Assembly: GCF_000143415.4 (NCBI RefSeq)
Contig: NW_003314274.1
Location: 1,830,213-1,894,212, forward strand
DNA: 64,000 nucleotides
Origin: Selaginella moellendorffii
Taxonomy: Eukaryota; Plantae; Lycopodiophyta
Direction: 5' to 3'
Positions 36,040 through 46,434 of this stretch are shown here, piece after piece. Under the pieces are notes generated by a model. The model was not told the origin of the DNA. It saw only the letters and a program-made list of their open reading frames with translations, and did no database searches. Both the position numbers and the translations under genes were made by a program. The number at the start of each line of letters is the position of its first letter. The stretch's first letter is position 1.

Positions 36040-36460
36040 TGTGCTCACGACGTTGTGTGTGAATATGAGTTCGGCACCAGCTGGTGCTCTGTTATAAGTC
36101 GCCGATGGATTTAGCCTTGCTAGTAAAAATCGGGCCTGGGACTCCACAAGAAACATTGAATCCACCAAAAGCCACAAACAGTTTTACCCGGGAACATACA
36201 CTACAAGATGGAGGCAATTCCGATCCTGGTGGAGTGCTCATGGAAGACGACACCAGGGACGGTTGAATCATTAAAAAGAAAGTTTTGTCAGTGTTTCTCG
36301 CATTCCGAAGTGTGCAGTCTCGTTGATAAACACCTGGAAAACAGCACATTGAGACACATGAAAACAAGTGGGGCAACGAACTTTGCTCAGACGGATCGTC
36401 TTTCCACCAATTCTAGGGCAAGTAGTCCGCTCCGAGAATCTTTGCGAGCTTGAAATCGTT
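36040..36460 (-). pseudogene. Sec23 (COPII) C-terminal fragment with deletions and frameshifts
   Basis: QVFINETAHF, MIQPSLVS, LLVDSMF and SQARFLLARLNPSATYN..LIFT occur in Sec23 order but in different frames. Confidence 0.75.
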
Positions 36461-36612
36461 GATGGCTTTGCACGCTCTAGCCAGCTCGAAAATGTTTTTG
36501 AGTAAATGAACCTAAAGGCTTTATGTATAGATCCGGTCAACAAACATTTGACCATCGTCTTGACTAGCGAGACATTGACTGCTCAATGTTTGGATGGATT
36601 TTTTTTGCACTT

Positions 36613-38339
36613 TCACGTTTTTTGCCTCACTCTTCTACCATTCACGTCGCCACCGTCGGAGAGTTGGCCCCAAATGTAGCCACCTTTACCACCACTTCCC
36701 ACGAATAAATCTTTCCCTACTCCAGCTACAGTCTTGAGCAGATCAAACAGCAGCACTGGACAGCTCTCGCGGAGATAGTCGTATCCCTCGGATTGCATCA
36801 CGGCTGGAAGCGCGAGTAAGAGATTTAGAAACAATCGGTCGATGAAAAGAGACTAGAAACTTACCCGAGAGATTGTCCGCGGCGTACTTCAGGCACACTC
36901 CTTTGAGCTGGGAAGCGTGGTGGAGCTCCGCGAGAGCCAGCGTTGTCGCCACTGTGTCCACGCTCACGGTCTCGCAGAGCTTGGCCTCGCACAGGAGTCT
37001 CAAGCGATCTAGTCCGTATCTATCGGCGGCTGCTAGCAAGTGCTGGTAGAGGAGAGTCGGGGACGAGGAGGACGAAACTCCCGAGAGCTCGGCCGTGTCA
37101 GGAAGAGCGTCCGTGTACATGAACTGTAGCATTGCCTGCAACAATATCGCAACTCATTCAGTCTAGCTTAGCATCGATCGTCAAGAACGAAAAGAAAGAA
37201 ATAAAGCGTGACTTGCGTACCTTAAAGACTGGAGCTAAAATGTCTTCTACTCGTAGAACATCACTGGTGCGCTCCCGGAGGGGCCCCATAAGCTGCGCCT
37301 TGAAAACAGGAGATCGGGCCGCAAGCACAAGCTTGTGAGCCTTGAACGTCTCCCCGTCCGCGTCAAAGGTGAGATCGGCGCCCTCTCCGCTCTCGAAAAG
37401 AGCTCCAAAGTGCTTACCAATATCCTGCTCCGGTGGCTGGATAGAATAGATCTTTGTGACTTGTGTCCACGACATGACGACGCCAACGGTACACGTTATG
37501 TCAAGGCTGTCGTTGTTCAAATAGTCCGACATCTCCAGCGCCTCTCGCCTAAAGAAACGCTTGTATCCCCTGGAACAGTACGAGAATATAAGAAGGAAAT
37601 TAAACAAATGTGGAAGATCAATTAGGAACATCACTGAGTAAACAACTCGAGAAAGCGCGAGAACAAACACAAACACGCAGGATCGAAAAAAAGGAAGCTT
37701 TTGACACCTCTGTACCATACGAATCCAGAAAGGAAGAACAAAACCTCTATACAAACAGTCACCATCCACGAAAATGATTAAAGAATCTTCACGAGCTACA
37801 AACTCTAGAAACAAACACAAAGCAGAAGTATAAAACTCTCCCAACCAACACAAAGAAACAAAGAACACAAAGAAAGAACCAAGAAATCTTAAACAAGCCC
37901 ACCAAGAAAGAGTAGAGAAAACTTCTACGTACCACATGCTGCCGCGGTACTTCAAAGTGTAGGGACCTCCCTCTAAAGATCGATCAAAATGGCTGTGGAC
38001 TTTGTGCTTGCCTTTCCCACTTTGATCCACCAGCGTGAGCTCAAACAGCGCCCGGACGTCGGTGCCGTCGCTGGCGAGCGCGATGAACACCGAGACGTAA
38101 AGAGAATTGTCCTCGGCGTTCTTCCCATCTGGATAGAAGTAAATCGCCCACTGGTAGCCGCCGACCGTGAAAGTGTTGCTGGCTATATACTTCCCAACGC
38201 CCATGCCTTTGGCCAGCGAATATCCGTTGATCGTAAAATGATGCGACCCATTCTTCGTCTCCGTCACACTACGCGATCTCGAGGGCGTGCTGCTCACAAC
38301 ACCTTCCTGCTGTAATGCCACTGCTGGAGCCCGTGCCAT
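36613..38339 (-). CDS. BPM: BTB/POZ-MATH CUL3 substrate adaptor
   Basis: MATH ([13 protein letters not shown]...GSMWGYKRFF), BTB ([25 protein letters not shown]) and C-terminal GRRVRQKT, with 3 introns. Confidence 0.95.
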
Positions 38340-38981
38340 GGAAATCCAAGCTCATTCTTCCTCCTCCAGCCTCATCGAGATTGATGATTCGCGACGGCGA
38401 CGGCGACGACGAAGAAGTGGAAGAAATCCGAGGAACTCCGCGGAAATATCCTAGGTTACCTTCGGCCGCGGTAGAAGCGAGCGAAATCGCGGCCCCAGCT
38501 GCGAGAATCACCGACGGATCTTGCGATTTTCCGCGGTGCACGGCGCCGATCCGTCCAATCCCTGGCAAATGCCGACCGGCGACTCCCGTGGCGTGGGTCA
38601 GGAATGCGAGTTTCTTTGCGCGGCCGCCATAGCCCTATTTGATTCCGGTCGCCATAGCCGTGCTCATGGATGCATGACCGTGATGATCCACCGTCGATTC
38701 GCTGATACGGACGGTTTAGATTCGAAAGGAATTTGCTTGCATTATTTCTTGTACGACTTATAGGTACGGACGTTTTAGGGCTCTCTTTGTGCCGCACTCT
38801 TTTGTTTGTTCGACCTGTGCGTCTTGCGGCGGTCGCCGCATTCTTTCTCTACCGATTCTCCGCACGGCGCGATCGATCCAATCGCTAGGTCCGAGGAATC
38901 GAGCAATCCAATCGAGGGATCGAGCGAAGATTATGAGGGCGTGGCTACATTCCCAGGGCAAAGATTGGTGAGTAGCGGAGC

Positions 38982-40722
38982 ATGCTACCATGGGGCGGCA
39001 TCACAATGTGCCTGAGCGGTGTGGCGCTCTATTTTCTCAGCCGCAACAGCGGCAGGTACCTTCGATCTTTCTTCTCATCGATCGATTCGCGATTCATAGG
39101 TTTCCATTTTTTGTTCTCCTTACAGAGACGCTGCCACGCTGAAAGCGGTCAGAAGGGTCGATCAATTGAAAGACTTAGGTCTGTAGTCTGGATTTCGTCA
39201 CGACACTTTCTTTGCTTATGGAAAATTTGGTTGTTTTGGCAGCACATTTGCTCGACTCGGCTTGCAAAGCTGTGCCGCTGGTCGTCACTGTCGCGGGTCG
39301 TGTTGGCTCGGAGACGCCGATCGGCTGCGACCATAGCAGCTTGAGGTGTGTCATTTTGGAAGAAACGGTGGGTGCTCCGATTTAATTCTTTTACTTTCCC
39401 GTGGATCGGTTCAGAAGCATTGAGAGTGCGTCGTTGCATTAGGCAGAGCAGCATTTTTTGAAGCACAATGACACCGGCTCCTGGATTCAAGACTCGGCTC
39501 TCATGCTTTCAAACAACAAGGAGGTTCCTTGGTTCTTGGTGAGTGTTTTTTTCCTTGTCTTAAACTATTTTTCCTGCAGGTTACACCTTGTCGAGCGTCT
39601 CACGTTTTAATTGCAGGAGGATGCCAGTGGCCGAGTCTTCATTGTTGGAGCACGGGGAGCTGCTGGCCTGGAACTCACGATCGCTAGTGAGGTTTTTGAA
39701 GAGTCCGGTCGGTCCCTCGTTCGGGGAACTTTGGATTATCTGCAAGGTCTCAAGGTGCCTCGTGCTTTTCGATTTTCTTTCCCGATTGTTTTTTTCACTT
39801 GCTACGCTCTGTCAGATGCTCGGAGTGAAGCGTGTGGAGAGGGTTCTACCGACTGGAACTGCTCTTACAGTTGTTGGAGAAGTAAGTACTCATGGTAGCC
39901 TTAATGGTTTTCTTCAATACAACTTTTAGGCAATCAAAGACGATCAAGGAACGCTGAGAATCCAGAGGCCACATAAAGGACCATTTTACGTTACTCCAAA
40001 AAGCATCGATCAGCTGATCGCGAATCTGGGAAAGTGGTCAAGGTGAGTGTGTGCCATCGTTTGGCAATGTATGAGATTTACAGATGTGTTTTGCAGATGG
40101 TACAAGTACATGTCTTTGGGCTTCACTTTATTCGGTGTTTTCCTTGTGGCCTCACATACCATCAGATATGTCATGGAGAAGCGGAGAAGAGCGGCCTTGA
40201 ACAGAAGGTATTCCTCTAAACTCACAACCTTTCTCGCTTGCCGGACTAACAAAATTAGTTTCTTGCCAGAGTAATGGAAGCTGCTGCACGAAGGCGTGAA
40301 CGGAAAGAGCACGAAGGCAAAGCCCGTCCTCTATTTTGTTTTTTTCTTTTTCTTTGCACTGATTCGTTTGCTTTCTTGTCTGTTATCAGAAGTTGGCGAG
40401 TTTGCCAAGGTGGAAACCGCAACAAAACGAGACGGGCGCCTACCCGACCTATGCGTGATTTGTCTGGAGCAAGAATACAACGCTGTCTTTGTCCCGTAAG
40501 TTCTGTCGCACCTAAAGATCTTTTTTTTTTTTTTTTGCTTTCTCTTCTCTCAAACGGGGGAAAGTGAAGTTTTCTTGGAAGAACTTGTGACTGATTCGCG
40601 TGTCCTGGATTGTTCGCAGATGCGGTCACATGTGTTGTTGCATATCCTGCTCCGCTCAGCTGCAAAATTGCCCATTGTGTCGGCGTCGGATCGAGCAGAT
40701 TGTGAAGACTTACAGGCATTAG
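38982..40722 (+). CDS. SP1: SP1-like organellar outer-membrane RING E3 ligase (MUL1/GIDE family)
   Basis: MLPWGG..CLSGVALYFL, GVKRVERVLPTGT, IQRPHKGPFYV and PDLCVICLEQEYNAVFVPCGHMCCC..CPLCRRRIEQIVKTYRH*. Confidence 0.9.
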
Positions 40723-41121
40723 AGTTTGGTGCGCTCGAACGCGAAAGAAGAACGGAAACGAAGGCGAAAAAAAACGAGTTTTTTCTATGGTTTGATTTGG
40801 AGCTTTTGTGTACATACAAACGCCAGTTTGGTTTGAATGTGGAGCGTAAGATTCACGTGTGTGATCCGACGGCCCACATCGAGCTTCCGCACCCCTCCAC
40901 GCGCTGCGGTACAGTGTACGGCTAGTGGACACGTCAGTGGCGGCGAATATTCGCGTGAGATATACCGCGAGAGAAGACTACCCTATACGATGGCGCTCTT
41001 CCTGGAAGGAGAGGCTGTTCGTCGAGTGACGAGGAGGACGACGAGCTGGCGATGCGCCATCGCCGCGGCGAGATTTCGTGAGTAGCGGGGATTTTCGATG
41101 GATCTTGGTTGAATCCGTGGA

Positions 41122-42447
41122 ATGCAGGCGCGAGTGAGGGCCAGGGAATCGCAGGTCGAGTTCCTGGCGATGGAGACGAGCAGTCAGGGGATTCCAGCTC
41201 CTCCGGAGGATTTTCGGTGCCCGATATCGCTGGAGGTGATGGCCGAGCCGGTGATCTTGTGGACGGGGCAGACGTATGATCGGCAGTCGATCCAGCGATG
41301 GCTCGACTCCGGCCACACGACGTGCCCCAAGACGAAGCAGGAGCTCCACGACGACACACGCCTCATTCCCAACTACGCGCTGCGGAGCTTGATCCAGAGC
41401 TGGGCGGCGGCGAATTCGGTGGAGCTCGCCAGTGGCGGCGGCGGGGGTGGCGGCGGTAGCAAGAGCAAGAAGAGCAGCATTTGCAGCAGCGATTCCTCCT
41501 CCAATCGCGCAAGGAAGGAGGCCGTGGAGGCGCTGGTCAGGGGGATCCTGGCCGCCAATCCCGCGTCCTTGATCCGGGACTCGGTCCGCGAGCTCCGGAT
41601 TCTGGCCAAGGAGAGCAGGACCCAGCGCGCGATGATCTGCGAGGCCGGCGGCGTCGCCAAGCTCCTCGACCTCCTCCTCGGCAAATCCCGGCCAGCCTTT
41701 CCCGACCTCCAGAACGAGATTGAGGAGAACGCGGTGGTGGCGCTCCTCAATCTCTGCGCCGACGACGAGAACAAGGTCGGCCTCGTCGCCGAGGGCGCGG
41801 TGGACGCCATCCTCCACATCCTCTCGCGCCACCACCACCAGGCATCCATCGACACCAGGGCCAGCGCCGCGCTCGCAATCACCAGCCTCGCCATGGTGGA
41901 CGTGAACAAGGCTATCATTGGGCGGCACCCGGGCGCAATGCCGGGCCTGGTCCGGCTGCTTAGCTCGGGCAGTCCGCGCGGTAAGAAGGACGCGGCCATC
42001 GCGCTCTACAGCCTGTGCATGCTGCCCGACAACCGGCGCCGCGCGGTATCCGCCGGCGTCGTGTCCGTGCTGCTGACGGCAGTCGAGAGCGACGCGCGGT
42101 ACTGCGCGGCACACCTTGCGGCACCGCCCGAGGGCGAGGCCGTGCTGGCGCTGCTCGACGTGCTTGCCACGTGTCCGGAAGGGAGGGCGGAGATGAGGCT
42201 CCGGCGGGGCGTGGTGCCCGCGTTGGTGAGGGTGATAGGCGCCGCTGGTGACTCGGCGGTACCACTGAGGGCGCGGGAGAGCTGCGCCGCCGTGCTGTAT
42301 GCCGTGTGCTGCGAGGACGCTACGTGGACGGCCATTGCGCGCGACGCCGGGGCCGCCGCGGTGGCGGGGGAGATGGCGCGCGGACTGAATGGGGAGTGCC
42401 GCGCGGCGCGAAAGGCCGCCAGCCTCGTCCAGCTGCTCAGTGCATAG
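41122..42447 (+). CDS. U-box/ARM-repeat E3 ligase (PUB), intronless
   Basis: PPEDFRCPISLEVMAEPVILWTGQTYDRQSIQRWL...CPKTKQ followed by ARM repeats. The start may be the ATG at 41170. Confidence 0.92.
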   Translation: MQARVRARESQVEFLAMETSSQGIPAPPEDFRCPISLEVMAEPVILWTGQTYDRQSIQRWLDSGHTTCPKTKQELHDDTRLIPNYALRSLIQSWAAANSVELASGGGGGGGGSKSKKSSICSSDSSSNRARKEAVEALVRGILAANPASLIRDSVRELRILAKESRTQRAMICEAGGVAKLLDLLLGKSRPAFPDLQNEIEENAVVALLNLCADDENKVGLVAEGAVDAILHILSRHHHQASIDTRASAALAITSLAMVDVNKAIIGRHPGAMPGLVRLLSSGSPRGKKDAAIALYSLCMLPDNRRRAVSAGVVSVLLTAVESDARYCAAHLAAPPEGEAVLALLDVLATCPEGRAEMRLRRGVVPALVRVIGAAGDSAVPLRARESCAAVLYAVCCEDATWTAIARDAGAAAVAGEMARGLNGECRAARKAASLVQLLSA

Positions 42448-42596
42448 TGAGCGATCTTCTTCCTCCTATCTTAGTCATAGCTAAATTATTTTTGTTGTAA
42501 CACCATAACTTCTCTTGTTATATAGCCAATGTATGTTGTAAAATGGCCAAAGATCTTGTTTACTCCTGTTTCTTTCGTCTTGGAAGATTTGGATTA

Positions 42597-43697
42597 TCAA
42601 TCGCCACCGCCCCGGATGGTAGTGTTCTTGACAATCTGGAGAAAAGAATTACACGTCAATACGTATCTATTGTCGACAAGAAATCTAGTCATGCAAAAAC
42701 ATTGGCATCCGAAGAAGAAGAAGAGATTGCGTAGCGTACCTGTCGGAGCATGTAGTTTTCTCTTTGAAGCGTCGCGTTTTTCTCCTCCAGCTCAGCGTTT
42801 CTAGTTTCCAGATCCTTGGCCTTTTGCTCCAGCTCGACCAAGTAAGCCTTTTTGCGCTCTCGGGCCTGTTGTGCCGACACGCGATTCCTCAGCAACCTGT
42901 TCAAACCACCAGAAAAAAAAGAAAAAAAAAAAGAGATATTTTTCTTAATATGGACATTTCTGGAACTTCTAAAAAGGAAAATTACCTCTTTAGTCGCTTG
43001 CCTTCCTTGTCATTGGAAGAGCCTCCGGATCGCCTTCTCGACGACGAGCTTCCACCGACAAGCTTCTGAGAGCGACCTTTGCTGCTCTTCTCTGGCAGCT
43101 CGGGCACTCGTCTGATGTCCGAGTCGCTATCGTTGCCTTCGTCTGCAATATTCAATCGATCGCGAGTAAACAAGCGAGCAACAGGAGAAAGAAAACGAAA
43201 GACCAACAGTCACGCACCGTCTTTCTTCATATCCGATGAGCCGGAGATGTTCGAAACAGAGGGCCTGTCTGATCCATGCCTCGATGACGAATTCGTCCTG
43301 TTGGACTCGCTCGTCCAATTCCAGGTGATGCTGTTGGTGGCGCTGTTTGGTGGCTCCAAAGGTTGGATTTTTCCGTCGATGACGGGCTTCCAAGCCCCTG
43401 CAAACGACTTGCAGCCGAAATTCGCAATGCTGGCCGCCGCCTGGCTCTCGTATCCAACAGACTCGATATCACACTCAGCTGAAGAAACCAAAACACGGAA
43501 GAAGAGCTCTCATCAGGATCAAGAAACGAATAAAAAAATCTAAACTTCTACTCACCTTTGAGGCTGCTCAAATCATCCACGACCTCGGCATTCTCCGCTG
43601 CTTCACCGCCAATCGAGCCTTTCTTCCGCGACAAATTCTCCACCCTGCCGGGATTGAAACTCGCAACCGGCCTCTTCACCGCGGACGCCGATCGCAT
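42597..43697 (-). CDS. HY5: HY5-like bZIP transcription factor with long N-terminal extension
   Basis: COP1-binding motif [12 protein letters not shown] and b[27 protein letters not shown]...MLRQIVKNTT are encoded by 5 in-frame exons. Confidence 0.92.
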
Positions 43698-44356
43698 GAC
43701 TGAATAGATACTCCTCACACCCCCGAGTCACCGCATTGCGATGGAACCAAAATTCACCGCCTCCCCCAAGCACTAGCTCGATCCGGACACCGAAAGCTCT
43801 TGGACCGCTTTCAGCTTCTCCGCCAAGAGAGAAAGATATTTCACGTGACTATAAGCTGTCTTTCACCGGCGGCCCCGGTTCCACCCGGTCACCCGCGACT
43901 GCGTCGAACTCACCCACGCGGCAGCAACCGGCCGGCACCGGCCGAGACGGTGAAGATCACAGAACCGGCCACGTCGCGCGGCCAATCTAAACCACGCACG
44001 TATAGAGAGACCACGTAGCCGGCCAGCCCACCGTCGGATCCCCCGGAGCTCGACGGCCCGATGCCGTCCACGAGCTCGAGGACCATCTTTTCATTTCCTT
44101 CGCTCGCAGCGCCAAAGCTCTAGACGGTTTTGCTGTCGCCATCCTCAAACACGAAGAGATCGTCACTGCGGAAAGCCGACTCGTCTAAAGTTGTGCTCGC
44201 CGATGCATTTGCCCGCGCTGATAGTGCTGTTGCCACTCAAAAGAATCTCGTCCTTTTCCTCCTTTACTTTGTGTCGCCAAAAACTTCGCCGCCCACTGTA
44301 CCAGATGATCTTTCGCTGCGAAGAGAGTGGCCAGACTTCTCCTTGCCGATGATTAG

Positions 44357-45979
44357 CTAGTCGCTGTTCTTTGTTCTTGTCCTTCCCGTACTACGGCAGA
44401 AGCAATCCGGTAACGGTAGATTTCTCCCGGTGAAGAGGCTTGAGCTGTGAACTTCCCACATTCGCTGAGCGAGCTCGGCACCGCTAAGTCCCGACGATAC
44501 TGAGGTTGCGAAAGCTTGCCTGTTGAGTACCAGCGTCTTGCCACTGCCGTGCATTGCTCGCATTGCCACCACCATCTTGTCCATGTTTCCGAAGTAAGTA
44601 GCCACGTAAATGTCGCTGTGGACGGCTACGTAGTAGTCCACTGCCGCTTTGCTGTTGCCGTGCAAGCCTTTCAGGGCGTCGGGGCCGAGGATGGCGAGCT
44701 TCCGATATATGTTGGGGTATACTCTGTAAAAGGCCGTCTCCTCGAGGAGGCCGGAGCCGGAGGCGAGATAGATTGGCATGGTGGTGGGAACCCTGAGTGC
44801 CTGGAGGACGAACGCAGCTTCTCCGGGAGTAAGCGGACACTTTCCCCTGTTTCTCCACGATTCCGCGAGGCTGCCGGTGAAAGGTGCTTTGTTGTCGCGA
44901 GCGGCTTCGATGGCGTCTAGCGAGGCCTTCGAGAGGTTGGAATACGTGCACCTGCTGTACGCGATCATGTCCGGCTCAAATCTCAAATGGAGTGCTAGAA
45001 ACGGACGGGGAATCGCGTCCAAGACCGTTTGAGCTGTGTTCTCAAGACGCTGCACGAGACGGAGAGCTTTATAGCAAGCTTGACACCGTGACGCTTTGGC
45101 CCATAGTGGATACCTGCATGCATATACGGGAAGCAGTTGAAGCCTCTCGAGAAGAAATAAAAGAGAAAACCACTCACCTGTCCGATCTTTGGCTTGCCGC
45201 GGGTCGAATGATTACTACTTTCTCTTTGAGTAACACGGGCAAAACAGCCTCAACGTAATCAAAGAGCTTCTTTTTCTGGCAGTCGATCAGCACCGGTTTC
45301 TTGGAAGCGTAAGAGGGAGGAAGCTCCTTTACAAAGCGAACGTAACCCTTCATAGTTTCGATAAAAAAATCCGCATCGAAAATGTCTGAAAAGCCACTAA
45401 ACCATCACACAGTCAGAGATTGATTGTCTGAAAGAGAGAAACTCTAGAAAAACTATGAGTCTTCGTTGCTTTGAGTAGCATACACACCTTGAATCGTTCC
45501 AATACGGAGTTCCTTCAAATTGAGGTAGCAGCAGTGTCGCGTTTAGAAGACGCGCAACTCCAACACCATCACAAAACTGCACGAAACTCGTGAGCTCTCA
45601 ACACGCATTGAAACTGTGACACTTACATCCCTTCGCATTTGATTGAGGCCCCCATTGCAATCCACAATAATGTAGCCATTGCTCACACCGGGAAGAGCTG
45701 CAAGAAAAATCCATCCATTCAACCAAACTTGCACAATCTCACAATCCTACCATGCTGCCGATCATTCCACCACGAGCATTGTTCGAAATCACGCCTAGCT
45801 CTCGGATCACTCCACCAGATCTGATTGTAGGACACTCCGCTGACAAGCAAGAGATCAAAAGATTTCTCCCTCACGAAGAATGCGCATTTCACTTACATCC
45901 TGGATCTCGGAAGCGATCGCAGCGAAGCGATCAAGACGAGCAGCGAGAAGAATCCCGCCACGAGCAGCCCTCGCTTCAT
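44357..45979 (-). CDS. O-fucosyltransferase family protein (DUF246/GT106)
   Basis: N-terminal TM segment, DCNGGLNQMRRDFCDGVGVARLLNATL, FLALHLRFEPDMIAYSRC, GKCPLTP and AAVDYYV. An extra 5' exon up to 46091 is possible. Confidence 0.9.
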
Positions 45980-46434
45980 TGGAGAAATGGTAAATAGTTT
46001 TAGGGCTTACAATAAAGTATAGAACTCGAATCGAACACACGAAGGCATTTCGGCCGGACAGGATCGACGGCTGAGAAAAACGCAATGACATAGCAGGCAG
46101 ATCCTAGCCGTTGGACGCTGACGGGTTTGGTTGACGGCTGGCCTTTGCATTTTGACGGGCAAGCGGCCAGTAGAAGAAACACACGACTGGAAGAAAAGGA
46201 GCTCCATTTCCCAAGGATCATATGGCCGGGCAGCGATCCAGGTAACAGATCACGCTCGGCGGCGCCGGGGGCGGGGCTAGGGCGCTGATCCAGCGCTGCG
46301 TTCGCTCGATCTGACGCTTTAGGGTAGGAAATCATGGCGGAGAGCAGGAATTCGACGATCCAGTGGAATGCCAGCGTCGTAATCCTTCGCACCAGGTTGA
46401 AGTGAGCCATGGAATCACGGCCGCGAGCGTTGGA

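Noticed and set aside
40978-42114. 378-aa antisense ORF, and similar ones at 32337-33272 and 13928-14686
   Set aside because: Shadows of GC-rich coding exons with no independent motifs.
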